Source: Camelus ferus
Taxonomy: Eukaryota
Length of the DNA stretch: 64,000 nucleotides
Assembly: GCF_009834535.1 (NCBI RefSeq)
Contig: NC_045705.1
Coordinates: forward strand, 63,674,001 to 63,738,000
Direction: 5' to 3'
Shown: one piece after another, positions 1 through 12,373 of the stretch
Position numbering within the stretch: position 1 is the stretch's first letter
Layout of the letters: each line of letters opens with the position of its first letter
The notes under the pieces: generated by a model
Told to the model about the DNA's origin: nothing
Database searches by the model: none
What the model saw: the letters and a program-made list of their open reading frames with translations, nothing else
Program-made: the position numbers and the translations under genes

Positions 1-92
1 CAAGAGCTCAACAGCCATGTAGGGCTATCATATTAGAAGTGCAGATACAGAACATTTCCACCGCTGCAGAAAGTTCTGCAGGATAGCACCGC
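1..92. mobile_element. MER3-like hAT-Charlie DNA transposon remnant (one end)
   Basis: GCAGATACAGAACATTTCCACCGCTGCAGAAAGTTCT resembles the recalled MER3 terminal segment; recognised by eye, no RepeatMasker run. Confidence 0.6.
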
Positions 93-1231
93 CTGCTGTT
101 TACAGATGGGAAGAGTTAAGTCCAGAGAGGTGACAAAGGGAGAGCACTGGGTCCCTAGAATCCGGGTCTGCTAGCTCCCCGCCTGCGGTCCAGCGGACAC
201 TGGCCGGCAGGAACCTTTGTGATGGGGTGGGCTGGAGTGGAGACCCTCTAAGGCAGAGGGCTGCTTGGAGGGCAAAAAAGAAGCGAGATGGTGAGGCCAC
301 TCCAGCTTTAAGGCAGAGAGGACACCCGTCTGAGACTGCAGGGACAGGGCGTCATGCAGGCCAGAGGCAGCTAGAGAAGAATGAGGCTGCCCTGACAAAT
401 CAAAACCACAAAGAGGATGTGCATGCCACCTCTGCAGATCGGGGGCAACACCTAGGCAGGCCCAGGAGAAACCCAGGCAGCAGACCCGGGAAGACAGTTT
501 CTGCCAGGTGTGACCTCCAAGGAGCATCCTTCTTCCACTGCCCCCAGGAATCAGAGCCCCTTCTGCCCAGGAGCCAGAATGAAGACAGTCAGGGAGGGGG
601 CCCAGCCAATTTGCAGCCAAAGACAGCCTGGCAGCCAGCATCAGTGTCAAGATGACAGGAACTGATACATACACACATACACACACCCGCCAAGAGGCAG
701 GCCTGTGGGTCTCAGTGCACCAAACCTAAAGTCAAGATACACAGCAGAGGGACACAAGTTTGTGCATACGCTCAGCAGAAATGGGACATAGGCGGTGACA
801 CGCCAAAGCACAGAGACATGCTCCCACCCACAAAGGGGAGGACACTGACAGCAATGAAATTTCCATCCAGCACACGACTAAATGGACCCAGCATACATAT
901 GGGCCCGGGAGAAGCAGTCCCCAGGCCCAGAACAATGAGCTGACTCACAGCCAGAGCTAGAGACCTCCACCAGCGGGAAGGCCCCGGCACCTGTCACCAG
1001 GTCGAGGGGCTGGGATAGTCAGAGATAACAGAGACACACCCAGAGGGTCCATCTACTCTCCTGCACACTCACCAGGCAGTAAAGAGGAAGCAAAACCACA
1101 CATTGAAAGAACCTCCCGCCCCAGGTTGAGAGAAAGAGAATTTTGCAGCGCTCCTATGGTGTCCCAGTACGGGGCTCAGTCCACGCCTGGGGTCTCCAAG
1201 CAACCCTATGTGATTAAGAATTAATATCTTT

Positions 1232-1355
1232 GTATGGAAGGTACAGCTCTGTGGTAGAGTGAGTGTTTAGCATGCATGAGGTCCTGGGTTTGACCCCCAG
1301 TACCATTAAATAAATAAAAATAAACCTAACTGCCTCCCCCACAAAAAAAAATTTT
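1232..1355 (+). mobile_element. tRNA-Ala-derived SINE (Vic-1-like, camelid), with target-site duplication
   Basis: Body GGAAGGTACAGCTCTGTGGTAGAG...TTAGCATGCATGAGGTCCTGGGTTTGACCCCCAGTACC plus A-rich tail; flanked by AATTAATATCTTT (1219-1231) and AATTAATATCCTT (1356-1368), a 13-bp TSD with 1 mismatch. Confidence 0.85.
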
Positions 1356-4300
1356 AATTAATATCCTTATTTTAAGGCTGCAGAAACAGGCACCCAAGGT
1401 TAGACAACTTGCCCTAGTATGAGACAGAGCTGAAAGGCAAGCCCGGGGTTCCCAGACTCCAAGGCCAACAGTCTGTACCCAGGGATAGGGGCAAAGGCAC
1501 AGATAAATACCCCCACAGGATGAGAAACCACAGAGAAAGATGCACAAGGGAGATAAACACAAAAGCGAGAGCTCTGCACTGGAGGGGGCAGAGTGAGATG
1601 TGAGATGGGGAGACACACCCACAGGAAGACTGAAGGAGAGGCCTCCATGCATTTCCAGACAGAGACTACGCCTCGCCTCGGAGGGACGGAGGGACGGAGG
1701 GACGGATGTAAACATGAAAAAGAGAGGGGCTGAGATGCGGGCCAGGAGGGAGAGACCCAGGGGCCTTGATGCCCTTCAAGTGACACAAGCCCAAGAGGCA
1801 GGGCCAGAGGCCACCAGCCTCCTTGTCCACACACCAGCCTCGTCATGGCCCAGCCTGAGGACAGCAAACTCAGAATGGGCAGAGTCCCAGGCAGCCCAGA
1901 GCCCAGGATCTGAGGGCCCTTCTGGTTCTGGGGCTCATCGACGCTGTGTCCCCAGGAGTCAGAAATCCTGAGCCACCCAGAACCCAGCTCACCTGTAGAG
2001 TCTCTGGTCTCCAGCTGGTGAAGCCTGAGAGAACATTCCCCTTCTGGGGCTTGGCGGTCATCAGACCCACCCTAGAGAGCAAGGCAAACATTCCCACACA
2101 CTGCGAAATGGGGACAGTCATGACAGGAAGATCCCTGTTCCAGAGAAACAAGGAGGAACACAGGGCTGGCCTCTCTTCCAGGCCGAGGTCTCTAAATGGC
2201 CCTCCACGTAGGCAGCCGCCAGACCTCTGTCTGGAAAACAACATGCCCCGCTCTAACTGAAGCAGAACTGTGAGTTCTCTTCAGATTCTACGCTGGCACC
2301 AAGAACTTTGAGATCAGCTGACTCTGGGCAGCACACCCCCAGGGGGCACTTTCAGCTTGAATGGGATGTGTGTCCTGGGGAGGTTGAATTATCAGGGAGA
2401 ATTTGATGAACACGTTGCAAGACATGGATAACATGGGCACTGAAGAAACAATCAAAGAAAGACACACAAGGACGCACACACAACCCCTGGACACAGAGCA
2501 GACCCCATCCCCTGCCTCCACCAGCTCACAGCACACACCTGCCCAGGCAGCCACAGGCCCTGATCATCATGGAGGGAGGCTCCACCTGCTCACCTGGTGC
2601 CCAATCAGTGCCTCCCTCTTCCCTGCTCACCTGCCTACCTCGCTCCCTGGCTATCTGGGCAGCTGGCCTTGCCCACAACTCCCACCCAAAGGAGGTGGTT
2701 TGTCCAGCCTCCCCGCTCCAGCTCTCTCCTCCCCATCAGCCCCTTTCATCACGCTGGAGTTTCCTGCAGCTCCCCACCCCCAACCCCGCCAGCCAGCTGC
2801 TTTCTGGGCTCCACCCTGTCGCCTTTCTCCACCTCAGTCCTCGGGCCCTCCCACTCCCCCAGGCGCAGGGCTCCAAGCTCTTGCTTCCAGCAGGGAGAGA
2901 GACCTTCTCCCTCCCCTGACCAAGAGGGACTCCCCTCTCTTTGTGGCAGGGGCTGGGGGCAGCTTACAGTCTCCAGCAGGAAGTCTTCACACCTGGCCAC
3001 CTCACCAAGGAAGAGTGGGCCTTGACCCTGGACAGCTGGGATTAAGACACTAACTCTGAGGTGGGGCACCCTCGGGAGGAGGAGGGTATGAAGAAGAACT
3101 CGCTGTCTCGCCCTCAAGGGTAGATTACAGTTTGGGAGCTGCCCTCAGCCAAGACCAAGGCCAAGCTCTCCGCCCAGTGGTCGGGCCACGCTAGTGCAGG
3201 GGCTTGGGGCCAGGCCACTCGGCCCAGCTGCCAAAGAGCCGCCCCCAGCCCGGCCAGGACGCCAAGCCAGGCGCTTCCCCTTCCCCTAGAACCTCCGCTC
3301 CAGCCCCCGGGGACAGGGCAGGATGCCGCTCCCTGGCTGGCCGAGTGCAGTGCCTCACTTAGCCTCCATCAGCTGGGGCCTCGCTCCCAGGGCTGTGCTA
3401 ACCCTCCGTTGGGCCTCTAGACACAAACTCCAGGGCCTGGAACCATCAAGGATGAAGAAACTTACTTCAGTCCTTACCTACAGCCCCCGTGATACCTCTA
3501 CCACCTGGGCAGAGTCCCATTGCTGTTCCCTGCCCTGTAAGCCCCAAATGCCAGCAAAAGTGACAGGTCCAGGACCACCATGCACAGCTAGAGACACAGT
3601 CTTTTAGGTAATGACGCATAACCGCCATGAAACAGAGACTCCGGACCCAAAGCATCCAGTACAACAGCCTAGCCAAGTCCCCTTGATGGGGACTAAGGCC
3701 AATAGGGAGGAAAAGGGGCTCCATCAAAACAAACAAACCAACCTGCTGAGCCCGCTGTGGCCCACCCACGTGGCCCCCACACCTCCTCCAGCTCGCCCAG
3801 GCCTGGAGGAAACTGTGTGCTCAGGAAGGCCAGGGAGCCCAGCGGGACGGTCGGAGCCCAGGGAAATGCCAGCTCCCTGGGAGCCTGGATGAAGCCCAAG
3901 GGGGACAGAGCAAGAGCAGAAGGCCCTAAGACACCCACCAACTGAAACATGCCATTCTAAGCCCTCTCCAGGGGCCACCTCCCTTCTTCCTGTGCACATG
4001 CACGTGGTATCAGCCCAACTCCAGGGAGAGAAGCTGGGGGGGGATGGGGGGAGAAGCCAGCAGGGGGGGGGGGGGCGGGTAGGAGTTCCCAGCAGGAGTC
4101 AGACTAGCTCTCCCAGTCAGCCTTTCTGTCCCCAGGCAGTTCCCAAGTTCTGAGGAAGGTGATAACCACACCCCAGAGCCGCACACACCTCTCCACCCCC
4201 ACAGCTTTGCCCCAACCCCTCAAACCAGCTCCTCAGGCTCTGGGTGGTTTGTTCTGCCAGGGCCAGCAGGCCAGTTCCAAGTCCACCAAAGAATCCAGCC

Positions 4301-5759
4301 TGGCGGTGCCCAGGCACCTTCACCAAGGGCCTCCCTGGAACTAAAATGACCTCCGGGGACCCCCCAGCCCATTTCCTGCCCTTGACCGTAAGCTGACCTT
4401 CACCCTCCACAGGTCTCCATGGTCACTCTCTCATGTCTCACTTTGAGCCCTTGAACCTGTAGCCTCACCCACCCTGAACCAAGTCTGGCTGGTAGGAGTC
4501 CTCAGCTCTGTGGGGTTAACTCTTCAAGAAGTTACTCAAACCCCTGAATCACTGCTGTGGGCCCCCAGAGAAGCAGCACTAAGCCCCACATTACTTATGT
4601 GGCTCCCAATGTGTCCTGGTTCTCTGAATAATGTCCCTGTGTATGATCTTTAAGGGCAGGGCTTTGGAGAAGGGCTCAGACACCATCCTGTCCCCATTGC
4701 CAATACTTTAGACACTCCGCTAGCCCAGCTCTCATAGTCCCAGGTCCTCTCTGACCCTCCATCATCCCACAGCTCACAGCTCAGAGCAAGGAGGTAACCC
4801 CTAAGCCCAGGCTCCCTTCTACTCCCTACTCTGCACACACACACTACCCATGTGCTGGCCCAACCCATCATCCCTGTGGGCCAAGGAGAAGGAAGCGTCC
4901 CCATTCAGCTTTGAAAGGAAGTTGAGTGCCACACCCTGCCCCAGGGATTTCCCTCATGGGGGGCAGGGGGAGGGAGGGGGAATGAAAGCAGATTCTACTC
5001 CCCAAATTTAGACCCAGCACAGGTGTGGAGGCCCTAAAATGCCTTCCAAGGCATCTTCAATCTCTCCCTCCTTTCCCCCGACTCCCTCACCTTCACCAGT
5101 CACTACGGGCCCCTTACGCATCATCGTGTCCCACAAAATCAAACCAACCCCTATCATGCAGTAGGCTGAGCGCAGAAGGGCCTGCGATCCCTGCGGTCAG
5201 AGGCTAGATTCTGGTAGAGAAATTTTTCAAAACCAATTATTGGGAGCCCAGCGCTGTGCTGGGGACACAAAGGTAAATATCTGGGTCCCTTTTCCTCCGG
5301 AAAGTCCAAGTCATTCTCCAAGGACCTCACTGCCCTGGGAGGATCCTACCCTACCTTTCCACAAATCCACTCCACAGAGCAGGGCACTCAGCAGCAGGCT
5401 CCCTGGAGGGCACCTCACCACCTCCCCTCCGGCAGCCACGCCCTGTGAAAGGCACGAGTGCACACAAGGCACACAATTCTCTGTGGCCACAATGTGCAGA
5501 GGCGCCAGAGTCGCCCCATGCCCGCTCTGCCCACTGGGATCCCCTCCCACGCAAGGGGCACCGACAGCCCTGCTCAGACCCCACGTGTCCCTCGTGGCCA
5601 GCGCCGCCAAGGGGCTGCGCCCCTGCATCCTGGGGCCCTGGCACTGCAGGGGGAGACGATCTCTGCCAGGGGTAAGGCCAGCCCTCGCACACTGCACACC
5701 CTCTCCCTGCCTGGGAGAGCCTTACATAACACGGTTCTCTGAACACACCCTAAAGCCCC

Positions 5760-7700
5760 AGTGCCTTTCCAACTCCACGGCAGGACCTCGTCCCCCGGCC
5801 CTGCGTCCAGACGTGCGCCACTGGAGTGGAGGGCTCCAGAGAGGGCAGCGGAGCCCTCCTCCTACGCCAGCCCGGCTCCTGCCCCCGCCTCCCACACACA
5901 GCCCCTTCGCCCCCCTCCCCTTTGCCCCTCACCACTCCTCCCCGAGTTCTGGTTTGAATTAGTCACCGGCTCCAACCACCACATTCCTCAGGCTCCTGGC
6001 GCCGAGCCAGGCGCTGGGGCGGGGGCCATCCCGCCCGGACGGGTTTGGGAGTGGGGTGGGGGAGACAGCACCGCCTCTGAAGGGGAAGGGGCGGTCCCGA
6101 GGGCTGTGCCGCTGCACAGCCCCCCTCCCCGCCCACCCCAGTGCAGGAATCTCCCTAATTATGTCCCCCACCCCCACACCCACCCGTCCCGCTGCGAGGC
6201 GCGCTGCAAACTTCCAGACTCCGCTGCCCTGGAGGAAGAGGGGAGTTTTCTGGAGCAGAGAACGTAGAGGGGCAAGATTAGGGCGGGGCAGCTGGAGGGA
6301 GGCTGAGGGGGCCTCCAGGAGCAAAAAAGGGAGAAGCTGGTGGTGCAGAACTGGGTGGGGCCGGGAGGACTCGGGACGCGCAGTTAGGGGCGGAGGTGTG
6401 GGGAGTGGAGGGGGAAGGCGGAGGGGGTGCGCAGCGCGGGGGCGCAGGGGCGCCGGGAGGGGCTGAGGGGCCGCGCCGCGATCTCGGAAACTTCTCCAGT
6501 AAACATGGAATAAGAACGGAGCCGCGCGCTGAGCCACCGCCCCACGGAGAAGGAGGGGGTGGCACAGGGGCCACCAGGCCAAGAACCGGGCGCCTGGCTG
6601 TGCAGCAGGGACAACAATCAGCCCTCAAGAGAAATACGGACCGGAGCAAAGCGTGCCTCGGAACGATTTTCCAACTTTGCCCAACTTGCGCCCCAACTCC
6701 AGAGGCAGAGCTCGGCTCCCAGAGTGCGACGCGTTGCCTCCCCGCGCTGCCCCGGGCTGAGCAGCTTGCTCCAAACTGAATCTTCCCAGTGACACCCACC
6801 CAAAGCAGCTCGCCCAAGCCCTGCCACCCACCTCCCCTCGCGCGTTCCCCCCGTCCCGTTCCCCGCTCTCACCACGGTGCGCCCGGCGCCCTACCTGCGC
6901 GTTCAGCCCCAGGGCACAGCCATAGCCGGCGCGGGGCCCGAGGTCGCGGTGCTGCGGCTGCTGCAGGCGACGAGCCCCGGTCGGGGCGGGTCCGGCAGGG
7001 CGGGCGGTGCAGTCCCCGCGGCGGAGCTGCTCCGAGTGGCCGGGCCCCCGCGCGCGGAGGCGGCTCTTGTAACTCCGGCTGAGGCGGGCGGGTCTGCCCC
7101 GAGCTGTGGGGAGAGGGCGGGGCCGGGCGGGGCCGGAGCGGGGCTGGGACAGGCGAGCCGGGCCGACCCTGGAGGGACTCGGGAGCGAGCAGTTGGGAGG
7201 GCACTGGGGGCCGCGGGGACCAGGGGGCGCCACACATCCGAGGAGGTGACTCCTCTTCCCCCCAACCACTGCCCTCCGGCCCGGGCCTGGTTCAACCCCC
7301 AGCGTATGTGGTGTGTGGCTTCATCGGCAAGAAACTCGAAGCTGTCTGAGGCTCATCCTCACAGCTGGAACTGCGAGTCGGCCCATTTTGCAGGAAGGAC
7401 CAGGGGGTTCAGACTGCGGCTGGCTGGGGGCCTTGGATGGTTCGGCCGCGACCTCCAGCCTGACGCGGACCTTTGAGCTTTTTCTCAACACAGGCAGCTA
7501 CCCTTCAAATCCTAGGCCCCAGACTCCTCCCTGGGTTCCGCAGCGCCACACAGCCGCGCCCATTTCTCGCCTTCCCTCTTCTGGGGGGCCCCTCCCCCCT
7601 CCCACAGAACCAGCCCGGTGACGCTGGCCCCACCTGCTGGAGTCAGGGTCACCAGTGTCCCAGCGCCGTGATGCTGCTCCGGCCCCTGCAGTGACAAGGG
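5760..7700. promoter_or_regulatory. AHNAK: CpG island / AHNAK promoter with GC boxes
   Basis: Very high GC and CpG density; GGGCGGGGC boxes near 7114-7135; TATA-like TACAAGAG (minus, 7071-7064) about 31 nt upstream of an Inr-like CCACTC near 7037-7040. Confidence 0.8.
6895..7040 (-). other. AHNAK: AHNAK non-coding first exon (5' end approximate)
   Basis: CpG-island exon ending in ...GCTGAACGCGCAG|GTAGGG; expected position upstream of AHNAK by synteny. The TSS is inferred from TATA-like/Inr spacing only. Confidence 0.65.
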
Positions 7701-8441
7701 AGTCAGGCCTGCACCCCTGGGAAGAATAGGGCCGGCCTCCCACGTCACTGTCCAGACTCCCTGAGAAAAGCCAGAGCTCCCGCTTTTCCCCTTCCTACTC
7801 CTTTCTTCTCAGACCCCCTCTCCGGAGCCCCTCCCCACTTGCGGGACGCTGAGTTTCCCAATTTACAGCCATTTCCCACAGCCACTTCTAACTCAACGGA
7901 GATTTTATTAAACGCTTAATGATGGGGTGCGGGGGCCTTCTGGCTACACCCCCATTCTCTTCTGCCCCGTGAACACTCTTATCCTCCCTCCTAGATGGCC
8001 ACCCTCTGCCCTCATCAAGCCAGTTTCCCTTCCGTCCAGAATGCTGGGTATCGGAGCCCCCAGGCTGGGGACCTGAGAAGACCTGGCCCCAGGGCAGAAG
8101 CGTCCTCCTCGCTGCAAGACCATGAGTGGGCTGGGGCTGAGACCAGCGGCCCTGTCCTCTGAAATGGCAAACATGTTTACAGGCTAAAAATACCCAACAG
8201 CCAACTCTGCTGCCAGCCCTGGGGGCTGTGTCCCAGGTCCAGTTACCCGCACAGGGTACAGGCTGTGGGGGAGGGAAGAGACAGCCAAAGGAGCCATAGA
8301 CATGCAGACACTCATATAATGGACACAGAAAGGTGGAGACACATGTGGAGACATTCAGACAGGCACAGACATGCAAAGACACAGAGACTAAGCAGATACT
8401 TGGGCACCAGCATTCTCTCTCTTTCCCTCCCTCTCTCTCAC

Positions 8442-8443
<2 letters not shown>

Positions 8444-8483
<40 letters not shown>
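8444..8483. repeat. (AC)20 microsatellite preceded by a CT-rich tract
   Basis: Direct reading of the sequence. Confidence 0.95.
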
Positions 8484-8485
<2 letters not shown>

Positions 8486-9654
8486 TGACTCAAACCCACA
8501 GCAGAGGCAATCCCACCACACATATCTAAAGCACACAGAGACCCTGACTTCCTAAAGAATCACCTCCATTTTATTCTGCACCCCTTTCCCTGCATCTACC
8601 TTAAAGAAAAAAAATCTAAACTTCTTAACTTTGTGATGCTTAAAAAATATAAATAAATAAAACCCAAGTGGTAATTTCCTCCACCAATGGCTTTTTAAAT
8701 TTTATTTCATTTTAAGTAACATTTATTCAGCTTTTTAAATATGGACCAAAAATACAGATACACTAAAGTGGCCTGTAGTCCTACAAGTTGGATAATCCTT
8801 GTGGATATTTTTGAAATAAAATCAATACCTCTGCAGGGTGAAGAACATCAACAAGGCAAGGTAGAACAATAAAAAGTAGACATCTCCCTCCCCACCCCCA
8901 TCCAGTCCCTCACCTCAAAAATAACTGCTGTTAACAGCTTACAGGAGGATTTTTGACTCTATGAATCATTTGGTTCCTTGACAGTGCACGTTTTCCCAGT
9001 GCATATTAAAATGGGAGCGGATTTACAGCTTGGTTTTCAGAAAGATAGCTGCGGTGTGACCTCTGCCAAAAGACATAGGGGGTCTGCACAAAGGGCCACG
9101 GGAGTTTGGAGGGAGGGGCTAGCGCAGGAAGGGAAGAGCCGGGGAGGGTGTGGATGTTGTGCCCTCACCTCGGCTTGGGCTGCATCAGAAGTCCAGGAGT
9201 GAAAAGAGCAGAGGGGGTAGTGTCCTGGGCTCAGAGCCAACTTATCTGCTCCATTGTTTGCTCTGGCCACCCTCTTGGTCAACAGAGAAGAAGGCGGGAG
9301 GGGCTGGTTCAGGGAGCAGCTGCAGAGCAGGAATTACTATCCAGGTACTTCATTCAGGGTAGGAGTGTCAGGAACCCTGGTGGGGTGTGGTCCTGGGGAC
9401 TGGCTTCTACCCCATCCCAGGCTGGGAGGTTATAGGAGGGGTAACCGAGACCCCACTCCTAAAAACCCAGGATCATGCCTGCCGGAACCAGAGCTAGGTT
9501 TCCCTGGATCAGCCTCCTCAGCCCAGGGGAAGGGAATATTTTCAACAGTTTTCAGTGGTGCAATTGCAGATACAATTTTAGTAATTTCTACCAACACTTC
9601 TCTTTCTGCCTACGGCTGTAGCCCCACCCCTCCCGACCCCTCAGAGCTACCTTC

Positions 9655-9810
9655 ATGGTGATTGTGTCTGACACTGTTGCAGGCACTTCAATGGGTCAGC
9701 TCATTTCATCCTCACGCACAGGAAGGAAATGGTCTCAGAGAGGGGGACTGATTTACCTAAAATCCCACAACCCTCAGAACCAGGAGTCAAAGCTCCCTCC
9801 AGCATCTCTG
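9655..9810 (-). mobile_element. MIR remnant
   Basis: GGCACTTCAATGGGTCAGCTCATTTCATCCTCAC...TCTCAGAGAGG resembles the reverse complement of the MIR core; boundaries approximate. Confidence 0.55.
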
Positions 9811-12338
9811 CTCCATGAGGGCAGGAAATTTTTGTTCCCTGCTGTATACTCCATGCCTTGAGCAGTGGCCAGCAAATAGCAATCACTCAAGATCACTTTA
9901 TTAAGTGAATGAATGAATGAGTGAATGAATGAACAAACTATAGGTATAACTGCTTGTTCTTGTTACAACAGCATCCTGCACCCCACACTTCGCATGAGGA
10001 GAAGTCAGAGCTTCCCCTCCCTCTCAGCCCCAGGGAGCAGTCCCCCCACGGGGTCGTCTCTCATGCAGCTGCACAAACATTAACGTGTGTCCAGTGTCCA
10101 GTACTGAGCCAGGGGCCGGTGGTGGTGGTGGTGGTGCAGGTAATAGAACTTGACAAGATGGAATCCCTGCTCTCAAGGCACTCAGTCCAGAAGGAACTGT
10201 CCTCTGATGTCACCTTACCTTGTCCTGAATTCCCTGCAGGTCCTATGCTTTGGAAAAAATAGACATTATCTTTTCTTTCAGGTCTTTTACACCACTATCT
10301 CACTCCCCTACACACAGATATACTATTTTTTAGTTACAAGGAGTCCCTTCGTTCCAGCATTGAAAACAAAACCTTTGTGTCAGACTCTTCTGTCAAAATA
10401 AGGGCTAACAGGGGATCTGAAAGGACTTCAGCCCTCCCGCTGGCACCTTCAGAGGCATCCCACACACAGTCCTCCAGACTCACTGGAATAGCTAGGTAAG
10501 CTCTAGGACACGTCATCACTGGGATACCCCTGCTTCCCTAGAAGTGCCACTCCCACCCTAGGGGTTCCCTGATATGTATGTAGTGTGTGTGTGATGAATC
10601 TCAGGCTCTTCTGTTGCCAGGCGACGTGCCTCTGTTTTGTTCTTATTATGCCTGTTTCCATAGCAACCACAAAGGGGAGCTCTGTGGGCAGGCCCCTTGC
10701 CAGGGGATTCCCCTTCCCCTCCCTTCTTGCCACAGTCCCCTTCTCTGAAATCAGTGTATTACGAAGAAGAAAAGATGATACCGACTGCTCAGAGAGTCAT
10801 CAAGGCTTTTAAATAAACTCTGATCCCAGAAAGGAAGTGAAGCGTGCCTTGCAGTCACTTTGAAAGCAGACTCCCCCTGCCTCCTCCCCACGAGGGCCCT
10901 TTGGCACCTCAGCCTTAGAAGCAGAGAAATTACTGTCACCCCTCCTTTGAGCCCTTTGGGATCTCCCAGACCCTACCTCCACTCCATATACACACCAGCC
11001 CAGAGATGAGCATCCCTGCCAAACACCAGGCCCTTCTCTATTCACTTCCATCGATTTCTAATCTGTCATCTTCCCCAGTCGAACAGCAAGCTTATGGGGA
11101 TCTAAACATTATTTTCAAAGCAATTCTCAAATCCCAAACTCCTAACCCAAACTCCAAATATGGAGCCAAGTAAAATAATCATCCTCCAGCTCAATTCAAA
11201 TCCCAACCTGTATTTAAAACCTCAGGCTTCAAATAAGGAGTTCCTGCATTACTCAGATGAGACAGCTGGGATACCTGAAACCCCCCCCCATTACACTCAG
11301 TCCTAATTGAAATCTTCGGGTCCAAGCAGAACCCAAGTTAAAGCTGATTAGAGAACAAGAGAAGAGACGCAGGGCTCTGAGGAGAGACTGAGAAGTAGGC
11401 AGGGAGAGCGGTGCAGGTGGACACATTAGAACAGCTGGATTCCCAGTGGCAGAGATGGCCTGGAGGCCAGTGAGCTATGGGTGCAGGGATGCTGGGGGAG
11501 CAAAGAGATAATAGGAAATGGGGACAGAGATTAAGAAAAAGGAGCGGCAAAACACAACTGGATGAGGCTGTGAAGGAAGGAAGGAAGGAAGGAGAGAGAA
11601 AAAAGAGCTATTAGAGCTGAGCTAGGGACTGGGCGGACAGACTTGTAAACAGGAGCCGAGGGAGGGAGCTGGAATGAACGGAGCAGCCAACGCCCCAGCC
11701 ACCACCCCTCCCCAGCAGGGAGCGGGGAGCAGGGCGGGAGAGGCCAGGAGAGGGGAACGCCAGCTTCCTCTCCCCTTTTTTGGAATCTGCCTTTCTCCCA
11801 TCCTTTCCATCTTCCTCTGCTTTCCCCCTAGTTCCCCGGGGAAGGGGCAGACCAGCCGGGGTTTCTCTCCCTCCTCAGCTCACACTTCCCTAGTCCAGTC
11901 GAAGGAGATCAGGCTGAGCAGGGAAGGAAGGGCCTAGGCTGCCCAGAGCCTGAGTCACCACATAGTTGAGGTTCCTGTCACTTGAAGTCCCGCCTCTGCT
12001 ACACCCTGTGCCCTCTGCCCGCTCCAGGACTTGGATCACTGGGGCTGACCCTGCCCCAGGACTTACTCCACTTCCATGCTTCTTACCCAGCTCAGGGCTG
12101 CCTTACTCTGGCTGCTGGCAGCCTTAGATACCACCCTCTCTTCACTTCTAAAACCTAGTGTGCTTCACCCAGCTTTTGAGGGAAGCACCCTCCTGCTCTT
12201 CTTAGGAGCAGAAGTGACTCAGTGAGCGGGCCCCAAGAACTGTGGGAAGACTAGCATGCACCCTTGATAAGTCACTTCCCCTCACTGGGCTCCAGTTTCC
12301 TCTTGGGTGAAAGAGAGGGACTACTTGCTGTGGTCTCC

Positions 12339-12373
12339 CCCCACCCCACCCCACCCCACCCCACCCCACCCCA
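12339..12373. repeat. (CCCCA)7 / (TGGGG)7 pentanucleotide repeat
   Basis: Seven consecutive CCCCA units read directly. Confidence 0.95.

Larger units (their letters stand above)
1..6894 (-). other. AHNAK: AHNAK intron 1 (partial; coding exons lie left of the window)
   Basis: Lies downstream of the minus-strand donor CAG|GTAGGG at 6895/6894. No AHNAK coding sequence (N-terminal PDZ or 128-aa repeats) appears in the ORF track. Identity rests on synteny with EEF1G-TUT1-MTA2-EML3-ROM1-B3GAT3. Confidence 0.65.

Noticed and set aside
5240-7476. Many 120-240 aa ORFs on both strands around the AHNAK promoter (also 59128-59926)
   Set aside because: Stop-codon depletion in CpG islands; no family resemblance and overlapping in all frames.
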